A stretch of 63,568 nt of DNA, the filler included, from Saprolegnia diclina VS20 (taxonomy: Eukaryota): the NCBI RefSeq assembly GCF_000281045.1. It is 5 parts of 2 records of this genome, joined end to end, with 100 filler letters (N's around TTAATTAATTAA, not from the genome) between each part and the next. Parts side by side here need not be neighbours in the genome. Positions count along the whole stretch, not along the records: positions 1 to 20,003 come from NW_008246079.1; positions 20,104 to 47,051 come from NW_008246079.1; 3 more parts are not named here. One strand, written 5' to 3'. Made by a program: the position numbers and the translations under genes. The notes beneath the pieces were generated by a model. It was given only the letters and a program-made list of their open reading frames with translations, was not told the origin of the DNA and made no database searches. Each line of letters starts with the position of its first letter. The first letter of the stretch is position 1. Below, piece after piece: positions 11,019 through 21,078 of the stretch.

Positions 11019-11056
11019 CAACCCACTTTCAATGGAGACTTGACTATCGTCAAGCT

Positions 11057-11116
11057 CCATCTTGGCACACGCCATCTTGGCACCAGCCATCTTGGCACAC
11101 GCCATCTTTAGGCACA
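11057..11116. repeat. Four 15-bp tandem units (CCATCTTGGCACACG) inside the LTR element
   Basis: Units at 11057, 11072, 11087 and 11102, the last degenerate. Confidence 0.85.
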
Positions 11117-11563
11117 TGCCTTTTCGACAGAGGCACAAGCCTTCTTCTGATCACCGATCGATACAAACCGAATCCCCGTAGCCGGACCCGACAGACCGCA
11201 GTCCATCGGTGTGCAGCCCCCATAGCCGACGTCGTGTCGATGCCATGACGGTTCTTCAATCGACATCAATCTTCCCAGAGGTCGCGACAAAGAGTACCGA
11301 GAATCGCGGATCTTCTCAATGCCTAGAGAATGCTAGGACGGCCCGGAGAGTCGCCGTCAGCTCAATCCATCGCACCATACCTCTGACCTCCTGTGTGGTT
11401 GCCATCACAGGATAGCTACACTTCACTGGGAGACGGCTATCACAAGATAGCTTGCCATCACAGGACGGCCGACTCAGGCTCTACAAAGAACCTCTTTCTC
11501 ATGACATCACAAGTCATACATGTTGTGGACGTAAGACAATCTTACTGGGACTGGCTAGAACAT

Positions 11564-11880
11564 TCAAATGTCCGCCTTCTCGGGCGTCTTCCGAGGCTTG
11601 ATCCAGTTGCGCTTCACAGCCTCCTTCTTCTGAGCACTCGTCGCCTTGGCACAATCGCGTAGCGTGTGCTTTTCGTCGCCGCAGTGCCAACATGCACGCT
11701 TGGCCTTCTGTTCCTTCTTGGACTTGCCGGGCTCCTCATCGTGATCCGGCGTCTTCAAGACCTCGGTCTTCAAGACCTCGGCCTTCAATACGTGACCATG
11801 AGTACGCCGCCATTTGCTGCCGCATCGCGGACATCATCGACGTCTCCTTGTCGTCTCGCTTGGTCGCCACCGTTTGTCAT
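11564..11880 (-). pseudogene. Gag remnant with CCHC zinc knuckle
   Basis: CWHCGDEKHTLRDC (CX2CX4HX4C) in a basic context (ORF 11564..11788). A short out-of-frame ORF from ATG 11880 (MTNGGDQARR...) may be the original Gag start. Confidence 0.8.
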
Positions 11881-11926
11881 CTTGGTACGGTGCTGATAAA
11901 AGATCTTGGTCAACTAAAGTCGACTT

Positions 11927-12181
11927 TGTGACCGCTTCCGCCACGAAGACAACGCCAGACAAAGGGAGGCCGTACTCCCAAACACCAGCGTGTGTACTAC
12001 GAGGCAAATAGGAAAGTGACAGTCTACTGGCTGCTGCCAAAGCTTGTACAGTCTCACATCAACGGGCTTCTCCCGTAGGACTAAACATGCAAACACACAT
12101 CGCCTTGTCCCGGCCTAGTGGTGTTGACGTGGGCTAGGCTCACACCCAGTGCCCCACCACTGCATGCGACCAACGGTCACA
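11927..12181 (-). repeat. 5' LTR (255 bp)
   Basis: Direct repeat of 10754-11018; followed by the TSD GCAGG on the plus strand. Confidence 0.93.
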
Positions 12182-12436
12182 GCAGGCGCCATAGACAGGT
12201 CGTCCACGGTGGTCGGCGGGTCCTCGCGCCACGCGCGCGCTGCTGTCTCCCAGCTTCAAGACGACAAGTGCTCTCAAGCTACATCTACTATTTGCGCTGC
12301 ATGCAAGGTGGCGGCCTCGTTTGGGCTTGAACCTGAGCGCGCCATCGTGCCTGTTATATGTGGCATGTGCCATATGGTGCCATATATAGTGTCCCTAATT
12401 TTGGCACATTTGCGTGTGAAAGGCCACCACGGCAGG

Positions 12437-13891
12437 ATGGGGGTCGCCGACCTGCTTCCGAAGCTCAAGAGCATCATCTCCATGACGCACATTAGCAAGT
12501 ACCTGCCTGGGCCATGGCCATAACAAGCTCAGCTCGGCGTAGGTACCGTGGGAAGCGCGCAGCCATCGACGCCTCGGGCTGGCTGTACAAAGGCGCGTAC
12601 ACGTGCGTGGTCGAGCTCGGCCTCGGCACGCTCGAGAGCGATCCCATCGGCGAGTACACTGAAGGCGAGGCAACAGCGCCGTACATTAGCTACTGCCTCG
12701 CGCGTCTCGATCTGCTGCTGGAGCACGACATCACGCCGACCTTTGTCTTTGACGGTGCGACTGTGCCGGCAAAAGCGGCGACGAACCAGAAGCGCCGCGC
12801 GTACGTCGTACCTTCTTGACGCCTCTCACGCCCTTGTAGCGACCGCGAGGCATATCGAAACCAAGGTATCGAGCTCCACGCCGCCGGCAACTCGGGCGTA
12901 CGTCGTGTGGCGCTGCTCTGGGTTGTGAGTGCGAGCAATAGAAGAGCTTCTCGGCGTTCTGCAGGTCGCTTCACGTGACGCGGGCCATGGCGCGCAAGCT
13001 CTTTGTGACGCTGCGAGCCAAGCACCCGAGTGTACGCTGCCTTGTCGCGCCGTACGAGGCCGACGCGCAGCTCGCGTTGCTCTCGAAAGAGAAGCTCGTC
13101 GACGTCGTCTTCTCGGAAGACAGCGACTGCATTCCGTACGGCTGCAAGACGGTAGAGCCGCCATCCATGAACGCGTCGCCACCGACGAACATATGTGCTG
13201 CGTAGGTCTTCTTCAAGCTTGAGAACACGGGATATGGGGAAGAGTTTCGCCGGCGGTACTTGGGCGCCAACGAAGACATTACTTTCACGGGCTGGAGCGA
13301 ATTCATGGTACCTGCGATGCTTGTAGTCCATTATTGTCGTCATAATTGTGTCTAGTTTGTGCAATTTTGCATTCTATCGGGCTGTGACTATTGCCCGACA
13401 CTCAAGGGCGTCGGGCCCGCCGCAGCCCACGCCCTTGTGGCGGCCCACCGAACACCGACGCGGGTATACCTAGGAGGACAAGAACGTCAGGTGTGATGCG
13501 GTTGCTAGATCCTTGCGGCGCTGGAAGCAACGTACAAGGACTTTTCGCCGTCCTTTCGGCAATCGTACCTCGAGGCCATCCTCACGTTTCGCCATCATTT
13601 GGTGTTTGACGAGACGCGACAAGTACGCCCTCGCCCGTCCCGGACTGCTTCGTATGCATTGCGTAGAAGTGCCGCATGCTCAACCCGCTGAGCGTCTCGA
13701 CCGAGGTGCTGGCTCTTCATGGCGGAAGCCTCTCGTGTCTTGGCCGCGTCGACCTGCCCGATGCGGTTGTCGTTGGAGTTGCCAACGGCGCCTTGAACCC
13801 CAACACGCACACGCCCGAGCCCGTCGATCCTCGCAAACGACGTAGCGTGGACGGCGAAGCACCGGCGTCCAAGCGGGCCCGCGCGGTGTAG
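12437..13891 (+). CDS. EXO1: Exonuclease 1-like XPG/FEN1-family 5' nuclease, multi-exon, nuclease core only
   Basis: MGVADLLP start; [50 protein letters not shown] distributed across short GT-AG introns; ends in basic RKRR...SKRARAV*. Confidence 0.85.
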
Positions 13892-13960
13892 TGCTAGCAG
13901 TTAAATGATGCAAGTGATTACATGGGTGTTGCTTCATATTACAGGATCGACGGTATTGCA

Positions 13961-14308
13961 CTAGGAACAGTTGGCGCATGGCCGCGCCTCGTCTTCTTTA
14001 GCCGCCAAGGCTGGCCTTCGAGATGGCAATGGCGTCACTTGGGTCGCGCTCATGACGGCGCCGAGGGCGTGGATCATCATGTCGCCAGCGTCGACGCCGC
14101 CCCGACGCGTGGCACGCCGACCGGGCGGAAACGTGGCAAGCGCGGGGATGTGCTGGAGCAGCGCCAGCGTCGCATGCATCGAGTCGGTGAGGCCCTTCTT
14201 GGCGGGCGGGAGCGTCTCGAGCGCGCGCTTGCGCTTCATGACGGGCTTGGCGTACGGCGTCGTCATGGCAGGCGTCGTCGTCGGCGCTGTCGTCGGGTAC
14301 GAAGACAT
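13961..14308 (-). CDS. Small hypothetical protein (basic, possible NLS MKRKR)
   Basis: ATG 14308 ORF of about 115 aa with host-like GC-rich codons; no recognised domain. Confidence 0.5.
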   Translation of the reverse strand: MSSYPTTAPTTTPAMTTPYAKPVMKRKRALETLPPAKKGLTDSMHATLALLQHIPALATFPPGRRATRRGGVDAGDMMIHALGAVMSATQVTPLPSRRPALAAKEDEARPCANCS

Positions 14309-15376
14309 GGCTTGCGTGGTCGTTCGTCGTCGGCAGACTCTGCCGTGGCACGAAGAATAATGAGACTGCTGCCATCGAACTTTACTCTCTCGCACTAAAC
14401 TCAATCCCATACTTGGGTCTCAATGCACACTCCTTCGATTTTTAATTTTAGTCTTTGTATGCATACGCTGAAACTCAAGCTCAATATAGCGCCGCCATCG
14501 GCTGCGCCAGAGAATGCAAGACAGGGTGAGTAACATCGACGTTGAAGCGTAACGGGGCGGCGCCGCTGGCGACTGGCCGACTGGGCTCGGCAGCAGCGTC
14601 GCCAGCGTTCGACCACTGCCCCGTTCCTGCCTCCTGGCAAGAAGGCAGCTGCGGGCCATCGCGCCGAGCGGTCGCCGCCATCGCGCCGCCTGCGGACTGC
14701 AGCACCATTCGCGCAGCACCCCAACAAGCGCGGTGGCGCTGGGACACATGCGCAGTACCCAGAGGTAGCACTCGTGGCACCGACATACAGCAGGCGAATG
14801 CGAACGTCACGCGCCATGCTACCACCGAGCTTCTCACCGAGCTCCGAAGGTGAGCTGAACGTCATCGCCGCAGTCCCACTCATGAGCACAAGATGACACT
14901 GTGGCAACCCACTTCAGTTCGTCGTCTTGGCCACGATCGTGCCACCTTGGACCGTATCGACCTTGGCCCACACGGTCGCAAGCAGCAGCATCTCGTCCCT
15001 TCAACTAGTTCAGAGCAACCAAGCCTGGACGCGCGTCGACCGTTCGCGGTTGATCGATGAGCGCGTTGGCCAACGTGTCATAGCAGCGACAAGGCCGCAA
15101 TGGGCAGCGACACGCGTCAATGAGCCATTCACAGCGACAACCAGCTCCGTCCATTCTCCATGTAGTAGCTGAATGGCCGGCCCTTACTCGTCTGCCGCAC
15201 AACCTCGTCGCTCTGCTGTCCTCCAAGATACGACATGTGCGCTGCTGCAGCGTCTCGTGCCGATAGCTTTGGCTGCATCTCGCTGGCAGTTGCGCTCGCA
15301 TCTCACGGCCGCAACGCGCGTTGAAGGCAAGATGCACACAAATATGACGCTATTCAGCAGCTACCACGAGCTCACT

Positions 15377-17011
15377 CTAGAACCAGCAGTACGCCAGAGC
15401 AACACCAACAAAGGGCAGTAAGGACGGTGCGAGCGCCTTGGCCACATTGCTGTCGGGCGGCCCCGGGTACGCATCGCCGTAGCACGGGATCGGCGTGCTC
15501 TTCATCGCACTCAGCGCGTGCAGAAGCTCGTCGTTCGCAGCCTGCCACGAGTTCGTCTTCATGAGACCAAACCGTGTCTTGCCGATAATCGTCTTGCCGG
15601 CCGGCGGCGCCTCGAGGTACATCTCCGTGTCCGGGTTGAGGTTGGCGTAAAAGCCGCCGCTGGTGTTTTGCACAAGAAACTGCAACATCGCATCGAACGC
15701 TGCCGACTGCTGCGGCTGCAGGGTCGGCTCGTACACGGCCGAGAAGCCGCTGAACACGATCGGGTGCTTGGCTTCGGCGACGACGCCGCCAAGCGCCGAC
15801 TGCAGCATCGCGGCGACGTTGGCCTGGAGCTCGGGCACCGCCATCGGGACGTACGATGCGCACGCGTACTTGGACTTTTGGCACGAGAGCGCGCGTTTCG
15901 TGTTGGCGACCAGCGCGCCGTTCAAGAAGACCGAGCACGTCGTGTCTTCTTTGGTGGACGTACTCGGGAGGTTGGCGCCGCAGCCCGCGGCCTTGGCATA
16001 GAGGTACGCTTGCGGTAGCATGCCGTGCACATGGGCGTGTGGCGCGTAGACGACGTTGGTGGCACCTTCGAGCGGCCGGCTCGTCGCGTTCTGGAAGTTG
16101 CCGCCGTCCCAGAACGGAAAGGTTTCGTTGGCGCGCGACGGTACACTGAACGACTCGCCGCTCGCCGAGCTCGCGCCGGTCGTCAAGACGAGCCACTGCG
16201 GACAGAGCGCGTTGACTTTGGCTGCAATCACCTGCGCGGCCGACGCCCAGTCCGAGACGCTGCGCGCGTCGTTGGCCGATTTCGCCCACGTGACGTCGGT
16301 CATGGCGTTCTTGAGGTCGAGGCCGAGTACGTTCCAGTACGTGGCCTTGCAGTAGTTGGTCGCGAGCACGACCGCCGCCTTGTACGCGAGCGTCTCTTCG
16401 ACCGTCGACGGCTTGGGGTAGTACCAGTACGCATCGGTCGCAAAGTTGTCGACGAGGTCGTGGATGTCGAGGACGATGCCGATGCGGTACTTTTGGAAGG
16501 CGCCAATGAGCCGCGCGACAAAGTCGGACGTCCGAGGTTCAAAGCCCGGCGGGTACAAGGCGATCTCCTTGTTCTCGCGGTGCACGTACGTGATCTTGGG
16601 CGGCGTGTCCTTGACGACCGCGTCGGCCGTGAGCGGGAAGCGCACGACGTTGATCGAGGCGTTGGTCATCAACTGCATCATGGCGGCGAGCGACGTGCCC
16701 TTGATGCCCGAGTCGATCTGCGTGAGGTTGGCGCCCCAGAGACCCATGGGCACGCCTTGGTTCGGTAACTCCATGCCGCTCCACGTGACACCTTTGATGA
16801 AGAGCTCCGTCTTGGTCAACGGGTTGGCCGGGTCGACAGCAAAGATCTTGTTGCCCTCCGCAACGTAGTTGGTGTGGCGGCAGACTACAGTTGGGTGAGA
16901 TGGAGCACAGCTAGAGTGGAGGAGCGTACCACGAAAGGTCTGGCTCGTGGTCGGCTGCTGGGCCATGGCCAGCCCCAGCAGCGCAGTGGCGGCGACGAGC
17001 GTGGTCTGCAT
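15377..17011 (-). CDS. Glycoside hydrolase family 5 (cellulase-like) protein, predicted catalytically inactive, signal peptide + GPI-like C-terminus; copy A
   Basis: IKGVTWSGME, NVVRFP, VLDIHD, NVLGLDLKN, VVYAPH motifs; signal peptide MQTTLVAATALLGLAMA; in-frame 45-nt GT-AG intron after TFR; hydrophobic C-terminus. Confidence 0.85.
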   Translation of the reverse strand: MQTTLVAATALLGLAMAQQPTTSQTFRGTLLHSSCAPSHPTVVCRHTNYVAEGNKIFAVDPANPLTKTELFIKGVTWSGMELPNQGVPMGLWGANLTQIDSGIKGTSLAAMMQLMTNASINVVRFPLTADAVVKDTPPKITYVHRENKEIALYPPGFEPRTSDFVARLIGAFQKYRIGIVLDIHDLVDNFATDAYWYYPKPSTVEETLAYKAAVVLATNYCKATYWNVLGLDLKNAMTDVTWAKSANDARSVSDWASAAQVIAAKVNALCPQWLVLTTGASSASGESFSVPSRANETFPFWDGGNFQNATSRPLEGATNVVYAPHAHVHGMLPQAYLYAKAAGCGANLPSTSTKEDTTCSVFLNGALVANTKRALSCQKSKYACASYVPMAVPELQANVAAMLQSALGGVVAEAKHPIVFSGFSAVYEPTLQPQQSAAFDAMLQFLVQNTSGGFYANLNPDTEMYLEAPPAGKTIIGKTRFGLMKTNSWQAANDELLHALSAMKSTPIPCYGDAYPGPPDSNVAKALAPSLLPFVGVALAYCWF

Positions 17012-18320
17012 CCGAGACTTCGACGGCCAAATCTGAAATGGGATTGTGGAAGCCGGCGTGTCAGCTTCGAAATTTTCGCCGTCGCGGATTGGCTGGCGAA
17101 GGAGCGTTGAGCCAATGAAATGCAAGGCGGAGAAGCCTCCGGGTGCCACGTATTTTCTGATCGTCGGCAAAAATTCACGCTCGCGGCGGGTCGTGTTGCA
17201 GGTACCCCTGGCTTGTTGCCGGTCGAGAGAAGCGAGGGACTCGGGCTCACCTGTGGATAACTGCGCAACGAGAACATATTTTGAAGAGCGCGACCGGTGC
17301 AAGCGACGCGGGGGATGCATCCTGGCGCAGTCCCAGCTCAGTCCACGTCGGAATACAACCCTTGACGAGATTCCCACCGGTGAATAGAAAGGCCACATGC
17401 ACGTGCTTGTCCTGTGGCGCCGAGATTGGAGTTGACGAGAAGCACTTGCTCGGTGTGTTGCGCGGTTGCCCATGTGACGGGTGCCTTGAGCGCAGCTTGA
17501 GGAAGGCGCTAACGCAGCATACTGAAGAGGCTCTCTTTTGGAGCACGATATGCACACAAATACATGAACGACGCGCGTATCTACACGAGGAGGGACTGCA
17601 TTGTGTCATCGACACTCACGTTCTCATCCGGCGCATCCGGGCGAGAATATATGCTTCGAATCACCGGTCTGGCATTTCTAGCTATTCATCGGCTGCCTTT
17701 CGTCAGCTGAGCTTGGGTCCGAGTCTCCGCGTCAAGCGTTGCATGGGGCGCGTACCTAAATTGCTGCGACGGTAGTAGCATCTGCTAAAGAAGCAGTGGC
17801 ACCTCAACGACGCCATCCTCGCAACAACCAAGTCCGTCCAAGAAGAAGGAGCCAACCGGAGGAGAAAGCTCGAGATAGGGGTTTGAGATATATTAAACAA
17901 CGGCTCATGCAAGTGCACGTTTCATTGACGATGGAACAACTTTGCAAGCGACGCCGCCCAGAGGAATCGCAATAGCCCACGAGCTTGCGTGGGAAAACAC
18001 TAACGTTAGTGTAAGACTACATACGTCCTTGTTCTCCTGAACGAGAGAAACCATATTTTCAATATTAGTCGTTGGTCGCCCTCCACGTACATCATATATC
18101 TTCTCATCACTCCGTGAGCAGTCGCATTCGATACTACTGCGTGTACACGTGTGCTGTACAGCGGACGACCCGAACCTGTACGTGCGACGCAGAACAAAAG
18201 CCATTGTTGTTCCATCCGGCGTCCACGTGCGCGCGTTTCGAGTGCGCTTCGCAGCAATCACGACCCCACACATGAACGAACCTCCACCGCGCGCACTTCT
18301 GCGCGGTTGTCACGCTCTGA

Positions 18321-18450
18321 CCAATCACACGCGACACAATCCGATCTTTACAATCCCAAGCAAGTGACCCGTGATTGGCCCAATCCCAGCACGACTGGTC
18401 GTCCCACCCAATCACACGCTGCCCAACACGCTGCGCGCCATTCGTCGATT
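18321..18450 (+). promoter_or_regulatory. CCAAT-box cluster and Inr-like element upstream of GH5 copy B
   Basis: CCAAT at 18321, 18380 and 18408, ATTGG at 18374, and GCCATTCG at 18437 about 35 nt before ATG 18472, resembling the oomycete YCATTYY initiator. Confidence 0.45.
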
Positions 18451-18471
18451 GCTTTCGTGCACAACACTGCG

Positions 18472-20003
18472 ATGCGCCCCAGCATTATCTTCGCCACCGC
18501 GCTGCTGGGGCTGACCACGGCCCAGCAGCCGACCACGAGCCAGACCTTTCGTGGTACGCTCCTCCACTCGAGCTATGCTCCATCTCACCCAACTCTAGTC
18601 TGCCGCCACACCAACTACGTTGCGGAGGGCAACAAGATCTTCGCTGTCGACCCAGCCAACCCGTCGACCAAGACGGAGCTCTTCATCAAAGGTGTCACGT
18701 GGAGCGGCATGGAGTTACCGAACCAAGGCGTGCCCATGGGTCTCTGGGGCGCCAACCTCACGCAGATCGACTCGGGCATCAAGGGCACGTCGCTCGCCGC
18801 CATGATGCAGCTGATGACCAACGCCTCGATCAACGTCGTGCGCTTCCCGCTCACGGCCGACGCGGTCGTCAAGGACACGCCGCCCAAGATCACCTACGTG
18901 CACCGCGAGAACAAGGAGATCGCCTTGTACCCGCCGGGCTTTGAACCTCGGACGTCCGACTTTGTCGCGCGACTCATTGGCGCCTTCCAAAAGTACCGCA
19001 TCGGCATCGTCCTCGACATCCACGACCTCGTCGACAACTTTGCGACCGATGCGTACTGGTACTACCCCAAGCCGTCGACGGTCGAAGAGACGCTCGCGTA
19101 CAAGGCGGCGGTCGTGCTCGCGACCAACTACTGCAAGGCCACGTACTGGAACGTACTCGGCCTCGACCTCAAGAACGCCATGACCGACGTCACGTGGGCG
19201 AAATCGGCCAACGACGCGCGCAGCGTCTCGGACTGGGCGTCGGCCGCGCAGGTGATTGCAGCCAAAGTCAACGCGCTCTGTCCGCAGTGGCTCGTCTTGA
19301 CGACCGGCGCGAGCTCGGCGAGCGGCGAGTCGTTCAGTGTGCCGTCGCGCGCCAACGAAACCTTTCCGTTCTGGGACGGCGGCAACTTCCAGAACGCGAC
19401 GAGCCGGCCGCTCGAAGGTGCCACCAACGTCGTCTACGCGCCACACGCCCATGTGCACGGCATGCTACCGCAAGCGTACCTCTATGCCAAGGCCGCGGGC
19501 TGCGGCGCCAACCTCCCGAGTACGCCCACCAAAGAAGACACCACGTGCTCGGTCTTCTTGAACGGCGCGCTGGTCGCCAACACGAAGCGCGCGCTCTCGT
19601 GCCAAAAGTCCAAGTACGCGTGCGCATCGTACGTCCCGATGGCGGTGCCCGAGCTCCAGGCCAACGTCGCCGCGATGCTGCAGTCGGCGCTTGGCGGCGT
19701 CGTCGCCGAAGCCAAGCACCCGATCGTGTTCAGCGGCTTCTCGGCCGTGTACGAGCCGACCCTGCAGCCGCAGCAGTCGGCAGCGTTCGATGCGATGTTG
19801 CAGTTTATTGTGCAAAACACCAGCGGCGGCTTTTACGCCAACCTCAACCCGGACACGGAGATGTACCTCGAGGCGCCGCCGGCCGGCAAGACGATTATCG
19901 GCAAGACACGGTTTGGTCTCATGAAGACGAACTCGTGGCAGGCTGCGAACGAAGAGCTTCTGCACGCGCTGAGTGCGATGAAGAGCACGCCGATCCCGTG
20001 CTA
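18472..20003 (+). CDS. GH5-like protein copy B (inverted near-identical duplicate; 3' end lost in gap)
   Basis: Mature region differs from copy A at about 4 residues; different signal peptide MRPSIIFATALLGLTTA; intron 18554-18598; runs into Ns at 20004. Confidence 0.85.
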
Positions 20004-20377
20004 NNNNNNNNNNNNNNNNNNNNNNNNNNNNNNNNNNNNNNNNNNNNTTAATTAATTAANNNNNNNNNNNNNNNNNNNNNNNNNNNNNNNNNNNNNNNNN
20101 NNNATGCTGGACGAGTATACTCTTCCATTGTACACGCTCTCAACGCGTTGTACAAGAGTACCACCGACCTGTGTACTCTGGTGCGCTACGAGTTGTAGCT
20201 CACACAGTGCTCGACAACAACTGAACTAGAATGACTCTCTTCGAGACAAGGATGAGATTTGGCTGGCTCTCGTACCAGATGTGCACTGGAATGAAATGTT
20301 TTTTCTGGATTTCTGCATGCCACTCAGTTTCTACGTCAACATAATTGCATTTGCCGTTGGCTACGCACATCACGACT

Positions 20378-20974
20378 ATGAGCACTGCCCAGCCCACCAA
20401 CCGCTACTATTTCCAAGACGGCACCGCCATCGGCCAAGCCAACGACGACTGTGCCCGACGGCATGGAGGTCGACGCCAACAACCTCGTCGTCGGCCAGTG
20501 GAAGGCTGGTATCTGCGGCTGCTTCACCGACGTCATTCCCAACTGCTGCATGGCCTACTGGTGCCCGTGCGTCTCGCTTGCTCAGATCGTACACCGCATC
20601 GGTCTCGGCTCGTACATGACGGGTCTCTTCGTCTTTGGTCTGGTGTACGTCGGCCGTCGCAGGGTACTCGTCGCAGGAGTGTCGCAGGGCAGTACGTCAC
20701 GTACACGAACCAAGGCTACGTCTTCGATACGCAGTACAGCTACTGGGCGGCCGTCTCGAGCAGCGCCGGCCTCGCATGCGGTATTTGCGTCATGATTGTG
20801 CGCAACATTGTCCGCAGCAAGCTCCAGATTCCGGGCAACTGCTGCGTCGACTGCCTCTGCGGCTTCTTCTGCAACTGCTGCGCGATCGCACAAATGGCGA
20901 CGCAGGTCCACGCGTACGACAAGGGCACGTGCGCGTTCGGGCCCAAGGACACGCTGCCGGGCTACATGGTCTAA
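20378..20974 (+). CDS. PLAC8-family cysteine-rich protein
   Basis: WKAGICGCFTD...CCMAYWCPCVSLAQ and RSKLQIPGNCCVDCLCGFFCNCCAIAQMA. One probable intron near 20640-20687 and an apparent one-base frameshift near 20440 (or a start at ATG 20463). Confidence 0.82.
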   Translation: MSTAQPTNRYYFQDGTAIGQANDDCARRHGGRRQQPRRRPVEGWYLRLLHRRHSQLLHGLLVPVRLACSDRTPHRSRLVHDGSLRLWSGVRRPSQGTRRRSVAGQYVTYTNQGYVFDTQYSYWAAVSSSAGLACGICVMIVRNIVRSKLQIPGNCCVDCLCGFFCNCCAIAQMATQVHAYDKGTCAFGPKDTLPGYMV

Positions 20975-21078
20975 GTCGACTTTGCACACTGCCAACACAA
21001 ATTTTACACACAATACATCAATAAATTTTCTCATTTTTTCTTGTGCGATTCGTGCCTAGCACATGTCGATATGTACAA

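Larger units (their letters stand above)
10754..12181 (-). mobile_element. Non-autonomous (internally deleted, TRIM/LARD-like) LTR retrotransposon, 1428 bp
   Basis: Direct repeats 10754-11018 and 11927-12181, each bounded by TGTGACCG...CGGTCACA; 5-bp TSD GCAGG at 10749-10753 and 12182-12186; minus-strand Gag zinc knuckle; purine-rich GAAAGTGGGTTG before the minus-strand 3' LTR; no pol recognised. Confidence 0.93.

Noticed and set aside
11057..11116. Short repeat array as a CRISPR-like locus
   Set aside because: Units are contiguous with no unique spacers, lie inside an LTR element, and there are no cas genes; eukaryotic context.
14420..15340. GC-rich ORFs between the small hypothetical gene and GH5 copy A
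   Set aside because: Possibly a decayed gene, but no consistent frame or domain was found.
17281..17775. Cys-containing ORF in the spacer between the GH5 copies
   Set aside because: Non-ATG start, atypical codon usage and no family recognised.
20048..20059. TTAATTAATTAA palindrome, also near 47096, 55922 and 62423
   Set aside because: Always embedded in runs of N; an artificial six-frame-stop gap marker from the assembly pipeline.
20430..20450. Apparent frameshift in the PLAC8 gene as a programmed event
   Set aside because: A single extra base in a draft assembly, or a downstream start at 20463, explains it; no slippery site is visible.
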